From: Vicugna vicugna
Taxonomy: Eukaryota
Reading direction: 5' to 3'
DNA length: 64,000 nt
NCBI GenBank assembly: GCA_013265495.1
Contig: MU058384.1
Span: 2,047,690 to 2,111,689 of the forward strand
Below are positions 54,430 through 64,000 of the stretch, piece after piece (the stretch's first letter is position 1; every line of letters starts with the position of its first letter). A program made the translations under genes and the position numbers. The notes beneath the pieces were generated by a model that was given only the letters and a program-made list of their open reading frames with translations, made no database searches and was not told the origin of the DNA.

Positions 54430-55570
54430 TTTGAATAAGGGAAAATTACCATAGAGAGGCAATTAAAAGAGTGAGACTACTTTGAATAATGCTGAACTAT
54501 TAGTAAGTTTCAAAATTTGGAGGCAATAGATATTTTCTAGGAAATTGTCAAATATTTTAGAGAAAACCTAGTTTATTCCAAATAACATGGAAGAAATTAA
54601 GACATATATCAGAGATATTGACCAGCCTATGTCATAGGTGAATTTTCTTCCAAATCTTTAAGGATCGTATAATTCCTAATCTATTTAAAGTATTTGAAGC
54701 AGGAAAAAAGCAAAGCTTGCTAGTTGTGTTTACAAAGCCAACATAACATGAATTCCAAACCTTTCAGATACAGTTTTTTTTAAAGCTTAAGATTGTGGTT
54801 AAAATTTTATATAAATGTTATTTGAAAAAATACACTACGAATAAATGGAATTCATTTCAGGGATCAAAGGATGGTTTGATGTTAGGAACTCTTTTAATAG
54901 AATCATTAATATTAATAAGACCAGAGAGAAAAGTTATCTTTAGGTTTCTGCCCCAAAATACACATGATAAAATTAATATCTGTCTGTGGTTTCTGAAAAT
55001 ATAAAGCCCAAAACAAAACTCTCGGAAGAGTGAAACTAGTTTCTTAACAAAAGTGTTGCAGAGTATCAGCCAGTATTGCCCTTAATGATAATGCTGAAGA
55101 AGTTTTGTTAAAGTTAGGAATTTTATAAATGTAAATGAATTGCCATTTCACTTAAAAATCTCGGTTTATTTTGATAAATGATTCTAAAGATTATTTGGAA
55201 GAATTAACAACATGAGAATAGCAAAGAAAATTCTAAACAAGAAAAAGTGAGGGCTGAGCTAACCCTTTCAGATATTTAAATATTATAATGCTGAAGTAAT
55301 TAAAACAATGTTACAGGTCCAGGAATAGCTATACAGAACTGTGTAACACAGGGGGTCAGAAATAAATACATGTAAGTGTGTGAGTGGCTTTTCAAATTAC
55401 TGGAGAAAAAGATGAGGTGAGAAAAGATGAGAAACACTCTCATATTGACAGTGAGAGAATAAATTTCAGTAACCTTTTTGAAAGGCAATTAGCTGTAGCT
55501 AATACATTTTTAAATATATATATGCTTTGGTCCAACAGGTCTCCTTCTAGGCATTTATTCCAGATATTTC
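54430..55570 (+). mobile_element. Highly decayed LINE-1 (L1ME-like) ORF2 fragments
   Basis: A-rich sequence with ggtgaattttcttccaaatctttaagga, aaatgattctaaagattatttggaagaa, tgagaatagcaaagaaaattct and cagatatttaaatattataa. Confidence 0.55.
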
Positions 55571-58312
55571 TTTAGAGACAGATTTTTGTGTAATTCACAA
55601 GCTTGTGATGGTAATCTAGACTTCTTGATACTACTTCATCAGGAATTATTTTTGTAAATTTGTATGTCACAGCTCCTTTCCTCCTCTCCGGCTTTTGTGG
55701 GCTTATGGCCTCTGCAATAGGGGTAGCTTAGAAAGAGAGTGACACACGTGCCAGACTTGGGCTACAAAGTAAGTTTTCAGGTGATGCAACCAGGATCAGT
55801 TGCAGAGAAATAATTGCATATATTGCCTTTGATTCCTTTTATCCACACTTTCAAAACATCTTTCTTGAGTCCCAAGGTGGCAGCTTGGCATACAGACTTC
55901 TAAAATTTTATTATGTCTGAAATAGTAGACAGATACTATCCCCTTGCTCTCCTATCCCCTCACCTCCACCTCCATCCCACTTCGTGGAATGAGCTTTGGG
56001 TTTGGAATCAAAAGACCTGGTTTCTAGTGTCAGTTCCACTGACCAACTCTGAAACTTAAAAAGAAATAGAATTCTAAATTTTTTTCAAAGCCAAGTATCT
56101 TAACCTGTTTTGTACCTGTCTTTCTACTTTAATTCTTCTGGTTTATTCCTTAACTCACTGCAGACTAGATTTTACCCTCCCACGTGTCTCCAACTGCTCA
56201 AGCAGCAGAAACCTCCCAACTGGAAAACAGAGTACATTTTCCCCCGTTTTTATTTGGTCCTGCTGTTTCTCCTTTTTGGAAATTATTTGTCAATTTTCTG
56301 ATTAAATGATATTAAATATTTTTGTAGTAAAGATAGACTCATGTAAAGAAAACATAGAAATATCCCTTAGTCTCAGCACGCAGAAATAAACACTAGCATA
56401 TTCACTACCATTTACATGTACAAATCATGATAGGATTGGAATTATGCTTATGTATACATTGCTTTGTGTCCTGCTTTTTGTTTTTATAACATTAATGCTA
56501 TGAGTTTTGAAGGCTACATAGTTTTCTCATTATGTGGCTATTCCATAATTAACTTTATCTATTCTTGTGGTGAGTTTAGGCTGCTTCTCATCTTGAACAC
56601 GCTATGCAGTAAATCTGCATGTGCAATGATCGTTTCCTTTAAGGCTTCTTCCAACCTCCCAAAGCCTCTTCGCAACCTTGGTTTCCCACTTTCTGCCAGT
56701 GCTTTTTCCCACCATCTCTTTCATAGGCTCCTTTTTACACCTGCCTGTAAGGTTTCCTTTCACTGCTCTGGGCTTGCTGGCAGTTTCGTTTACTCCCCCA
56801 GCTTCAGTCATCACCACCTGTCCGCGTCCCAAGTTTGGAGCACATGTCCTCTGCGTGCTCATTTCTGCATACTATGTTTGCTTTTCTAACTATTCCCTTG
56901 GGTATTTCCTCCTGAGTGTCCCACAGGTACCTGAAACGAATGTGACAAAGATAAACAAACTACATGTGATCTCCTTGTAGGTCTTCCTTTTATCTAGCAC
57001 TTACCTGGCATATTTTAGGTGCTTTGGTTTATAAGCAAAAGTATCTAAGATGTGTAATGATCCCTCAAGGGGTTCCAAATGGGAAGAAAAGGGTAGTAGG
57101 TAAGGACGACAGTCATAAGTCATTGCCTGCGTAACCTGCAAGGCTGTGTGGCTTTCTGTTCTTGCTGCCCTCCTTTTCCTCATAGTTCTCTTAGTGTAAA
57201 CCTGCCTCTTTATCCTCCTTGCCCTTTAAAATTTGCACAGAAGTGATGCCCCTTAGTGGCAGAAACAGGAACTTCACCCTGTGTTGATGAGCAAAAATGA
57301 GTGTCTTTTCTTGTGCAAGTAAACAAATGGTTATTGTTACTGTGATATGTTGCTGAACCATTGATAGGTGCTTTTGAGCAATTCTAGTAAGTACTTCTGA
57401 CTTAACAGCACAACATCTCAGGTACCTTAATCTTACTTTGAGTGTGTTGGGAAAAAGAAAATAGACTAAATCTGCTTCCTTTCTACAAGAATTTGAATTT
57501 CTGGAGAGACTGAGACAAGGATACTTAGTGCTTATTTTAACACTACTTTGTGATGTCTCAATAGTAGATATTACTCTAGATTCGAGGAGTGTGGGGGGTT
57601 ATAATTTAAATTTGTAACTTAAAATTATATTTTCTACTGTTACTTACAGTAGTCAGTCTAGAAATACTTGTTGAGTGACTAGGGTGATCCTTGAAAGCCT
57701 TCATGCTTTAAAAAAAAAAAGAAAGAAAGCAAAGAAACAAAAATTGCTGTTTTAAAGAAGAGTAGTATAACCACATTAAATATAACCTGGAAAATAAGAG
57801 GAAAAAAACCCTACTCTTAATTTCACCAAACAGACTTGCTGATAGAATTTTTACATAACTGGTTGTTTTAAAATTTGTGATTATGTTGTTAAAATTATGC
57901 ATCCTGCCATTCCCTACTTAATGTGTCACTTCACTGTATGATTATTACTTTAAATGCCTGTATAATAATCTATTAGTTGCAGAAACGTTTGGCCCTATTG
58001 TATGCAATATGTTTGTATTTATGAAGAAGAGTGGGTGGTACATTTGTTTCTAAAAAGTACGATTCTTAAGAAAAAAGTTATTCTGATAAAACATAATTGC
58101 TTATCATATCAATTTTAGTAAGTAGGAGAACGATAACCTGAGTGTAAGGTCAGTACCTTTTTCTTTTCAGATATATTAACCTGAAACTTGAGGAAGCTGG
58201 TCATCAGTTGAGAGTAATATACCAGATGTCAGTTATGTATTTTGGAGAAGTTATAAACACAAGTTAGAGAGCTACTTATTTGGAGAATTATTGTCATAAT
58301 TCTTAATGTTAG

Positions 58313-58474
<162 letters not shown>

Positions 58475-59629
58475 TAACTGAAATGAAAATGGACTTCTAA
58501 TCACAAATGAAGTAAAGTCCGTAGAACTGTTGAGTCTTTCTGATTTTAGTGGCATTTGTGACCTTGAGTAAAGTGTCATGATTATTCTCACTACCATGCT
58601 TTTTCTATTTGTGAACATTAGAGAAATATATCTACCTTAAATCTGTAAGGGCATATATGTACTTCATACATATTTGATGGTAATATAAAAACTGCTAAAA
58701 TGGTGATTTTAAAAAATTAATTCACTAAAAATTGCTTAGAAAGAATTTAGATGAATAATTTTATAAAGGTAAACAATGAATTGTAGTGACCATCTTCATA
58801 TGTGCTTTTCTTACATTCTTTTCTACTAAGTTTAAAACATGCCTTGTGTTTTCCTATTTGGAAAGGCTATGAAAGCTCCACTTGAAATTGTAAAGTTTTA
58901 GTTAATCAAAACTTTGTTAGAGACAGTATTAAAATATTGGCAGGCTAAAACCTAAATACAAGCATCTGACTGCCTTACAAGTGTCACCTAAGATAATTTG
59001 TTTTTCTATTATTTGGAGGCTTGTTGATGCCTGAATAGATGGAAATTCTATAAAGGTAGGCACTTAAATGTAGAATTCTGTGGTTTTCATAGGGAAAGAG
59101 GGCAAGAGAAGACTTGGTTTTCTGTAATGTTAGAATTTTTAAAAAATAATTTTAAGTACCAGCCCAGTGTATTAGTCAGCCAGACCTCTGGTTTACCACA
59201 CATTATTGTTCTAGAGTTGAGAGTTTATATTCTTTTTAGGTAATTTTGACCTTTACGTAAATACTGACTAAGCATAATACCTTCCCTTCTTAGTGTGGAG
59301 ATTCTAAAGAGAAATGCAAGTAATCATGGTAGAGGGAAGTACACTTTATAAATGAATCTGCTCCTGTATTGTTCAAGTCTGAAAGTATGCAGAGGAGTTC
59401 TCAGTCTTTTATCTTTCTTCTCTGTTTAAAATTGAATGTGGAATATCTACGTGGTAGACTAAAGTGGGTAGGTATAACTAATGTCTTGTCTTGTGACCTT
59501 GGTAGGTGAATAATAAGATATTTTCAGGAATTTCTGCAATGAAAATGTTTAGACTGATCTAGTCTCAGACTTAGTGACATATTCTTGTTTTGCTTAGAGC
59601 TTTGACTTCCTCCTTTAGAGAACTCATGT

Positions 59630-59820
59630 GAGTAGAAATAACCTAGACTTCAAGGTCAGACTGACCTTCATGCAGATCCTAATTGACCTCGGCATCTCAG
59701 AGCCTCAGTTTCTTTATCTGTAAAATGGGAACTTTGCAAGATTGCTACGGTTATGAGATTAGCTAAATATAGAGTACAATCATATGGCAAGGCATGCAGT
59801 GAACATTTAATATAGCTGTT
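59630..59820 (+). mobile_element. MIR SINE relic containing an ERE-consensus palindrome
   Basis: tgacctcggcatctcagagcctcagtttctttatctgtaaaatggg is the MIR core. Confidence 0.75.
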
Positions 59821-60061
59821 GTTGTAACCCCCTAGAAGGGCAATTTGGTGTTACTACTTCTTTCTAGGTTAGTCTTCATGAACAGTCTAAGGGACATGAT
59901 CTCAGTTGCTTAGTGGCATTTTGTATCTGTTGTTTCTGTATCAGTCTTTGCAAAAATTTTTTCTAACATTAAATCCATCTCTTATTTCAATTTTTAATGG
60001 GTATGCCCCTTTTTAAAGTAAAAATTATTTTATTTTAATAATAATTATTTTAAAGTAATAA

Positions 60062-60325
<264 letters not shown>

Positions 60326-60408
60326 TAACACTGAAACATTACTGAGTGCCTTAGTAATGAAAATGTTACCTTCAGATTTAAACTTTAAAATAATGACGTT
60401 CTTTCTAG

Positions 60409-60567
<159 letters not shown>

Positions 60568-61054
60568 TAGAAATTCTTTAAAAGTAACAACTATTTATTA
60601 AGGGTTGTAAGTTGAAGGAAATTTGCTAATGTCCATTTAAGAGTTGCCTCCAAGTCCATTTTTAATTATAAGTTAAGTACCTTAAATAGAAGCAAAAGCT
60701 GACTGTGAAAATTTGTAAGTGGATATAACACTTTGAAGGGTGATTACATTTACTTACATCTATGATGCTTAGACAGAAGTTTAGAGACATCAGATTCTCT
60801 GGAGGCAAAATGAATAAATAATTATTTCCCAGAGTATATATTCCCAGGTAGTAGTATATTAGTGAAGGAAAGTACACTTTGTTGTAAAAACGATTCTGCT
60901 GCTGTATTGCTTATTACAGCAATAAATTGGTTATTATACCAAATGAGGTATGCTTTTAAACTGACAGAGAAGATTCCAATTTGGAAATTGTTAACATTTC
61001 TTCAAAGTTAGAGTTTAAAAGAAAACTCTGTGTATGGTGATTTGTTATAATTAA

Positions 61055-61246
<192 letters not shown>

Positions 61247-61732
61247 TGACATTTTATTGGTATTGCATTTTTATTTGCTTCATTCAAAGTATTGCTGCAG
61301 ACATTGCTTTTATATTTTGCTGTTGCAGATTTTATAAACGCAAGTTCACTCTTTTATAAAAAAAAGCAGAACTCTGCTCTGTGCCTTTTCTTCAAGTCGT
61401 TTTCATTGGAATGTTTCACAAAGTTCTGGCTGATTTTCTTTCTAATTCCATAGTGAAGTTTGAAAGGTTTCTGCATATAGGGATATATTTGCTTGGCTTT
61501 CTTAGCACATTTTACATAACTTTCTGTTGCTTACATATTGCTGTCATGCTACACATTTATATAATCACTGTGCAAAAACATTTAATAACCCATGTAACAA
61601 ATATGTGGTTTGCTGTTGAGTTTGTGACGACTTCCTATGTTTTAAAAATCCACAAAAAGTAAGTTTTACTTTCAAAAATATGTAACTGAGCAATCTTGGT
61701 CCGTATAATCATGTAGACAGATACTGTACTGA

Positions 61733-62005
<273 letters not shown>

Positions 62006-62117
62006 TAAAAGATAAATTCTCAAATTGTTTGTCTAAAAACTTTGTGATCACTGGACACCAAAAACATGACATACATACATGTTATGGTTACCTTTTTCTC
62101 AGTGAAAAAAGTCTTAA

Positions 62118-62255
<138 letters not shown>

Positions 62256-63358
62256 TAAGTGTGGTATATCATTAGTTGGGTAATGTGGGTTGTTTCAAAT
62301 GAGTCTCCAGCAGGTCGATTTTTGAACTTTAAAAAATAAACTATTAGAATAACCTTTTCAACAGTGTTCTCAAAGAACTCAGTATTGCCAGGGGGCAGCT
62401 TCTCTCTCACTCTTTAGAGAAGAAATGTGATACCACTACAGTAGTTCCTTAAAATGTGCTAAAATTCTTTAAGCTGTATCAGCTACTTCTTGCCGCTATC
62501 ATAATGCTTGGAATAAAAGTTAGTTGGTTCATACATGTTTATGTTTAACCCATTTGGTTTTTAACAAGTTTAGTAAGTCTTGTACCAAGACATGAGCCTA
62601 AGAACGTGCTTATTTAGCTCCCATTTAAATATAAACTAAGACTCAGGATAGTTGCTGTGTAGTTGAAATTAGACATTAAAACACAAATTATAATCGCAAA
62701 TTACTTTTGAAAGCAATTATAAGATAAGTAAATGTTATTTTTACTGTATATCGATATATTTTTCTAGTTTCTAAATTATGTTGTTTGTAGGGTTTTTAGT
62801 AGCATAGAATGCTGTGGTAGGAGACAGGTGGGTAATGCCTAAAACTGAACAATGAAGAGCTAGCAATATATTCATGCTGTTTATATTGTTTAAGGCAATC
62901 AATTAAAAGTAGTTGCTTCTGCAGCCAGGAAGTGAAGGGACAGCAGGGTGGGGCTGCTGGTTTTTGTATCAAGCCTTGTAATTACTTTGGATGCATTAAA
63001 ATGCACACATGTATAATTTTGACAACAATACAAACCAAGTTTTTAAAAATTTCAATGACATATATTAACTAAGCCTGTCTTTAACTAAATCCTGTTACTA
63101 AAAATGCATATGGGTTAAAGGTCATTTTTTGGTAACTTTATTTATTGGGGCTGTTTTTCAGCATTCTCGCATAAGAATTCAAAGCATACAGAAAAGTTTA
63201 AAGAATTGTGCCTTGAACACCCATACGCCCACTGTCTAGATTCCCCAGTTAACAGTTTGCTATATTGTTTTAACATACATCTTTCCATCGTGGAATTTTT
63301 TAAATTATTGATTGTTATTTTCTGGGAAAGGATTTCTCTTGCTTTTTTTGACACCTAA

Positions 63359-63601
<243 letters not shown>

Positions 63602-64000
63602 TAAACATAACACTTGATTCATAAAGCAAAATAAGACAGGTATTAAAACTTAGTTTGAGAGCTTAGATGTTGCATCAGGAGCACGTAGACTTGCCATCAG
63701 AATAAGATGTACAGGCTGAACTTTGATTAGTGGTTTGGCTTATTTAGTTAACTTTAAACAAAGAGACAAAGAATAATGCCACTATTTCTCTTTACACATA
63801 TAACTTGCAGAGATCCAAAGAGCATTTCACAGTGTCTGGTTATTTTGCTACCCTTTAATTGTATTATAGATTATATGAAGTGGGTAAAGTATCTTGTCTT
63901 CATTATCAGCATTTTTCCATTTAATGCATCTTAATTTGTTGAAGGGAATGCCCGGTTTATCATTAGATCTTTGCAGTCTATAAGCATTTTCTTTTTAAAA

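Noticed and set aside
56464..56980. 141-aa and 100-aa ORFs in intron 1
   Set aside because: Non-AUG starts, no recognisable homology or splice signals, and they overlap decayed repeat-like sequence.
57245..57262. Second CTCF-like motif (minus strand CCACTAAGGGGCAT)
   Set aside because: Mismatch at a core position; too weak to call without ChIP data.

Overview
Mammalian genomic DNA, probably camelid, judging by a short tRNA-derived SINE and cetartiodactyl-type L1 3' ends (inference). The window holds the 5' part of REPS1 (RALBP1-associated Eps domain-containing protein 1) on the + strand: a CpG-island promoter with a near-consensus CTCF motif, coding exon 1 at 24153-24305, a ~34 kb intron 1, and exons 2-8 at 58331-63563. 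All seven introns are GT-AG and the frame is continuous (1135 coding nt, including the EH/EF-hand domain). The gene continues beyond the window. The upstream 23 kb and intron 1 are mostly decayed repeats (L1, L2, MIR, hAT/Tigger DNA transposons, MaLR/ERVL, a solo LTR). The most interesting observations are: (1) a 117-aa out-of-frame ORF that starts 34 nt upstream of the REPS1 AUG and stays open across three spliced exons, plus a 20-aa uORF; (2) an internal 28S rRNA fragment retrotransposed into a MER3 with a perfect 14-bp target-site duplication; (3) a perfect oestrogen-response-element palindrome inside a MIR in intron 2; (4) a perfect 34-bp palindrome; (5) a U6 retrocopy. I see no evidence of a new multi-gene system. 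Repeat family names and human/mouse comparisons come from recalled consensus sequences and need checking with RepeatMasker/BLAST.
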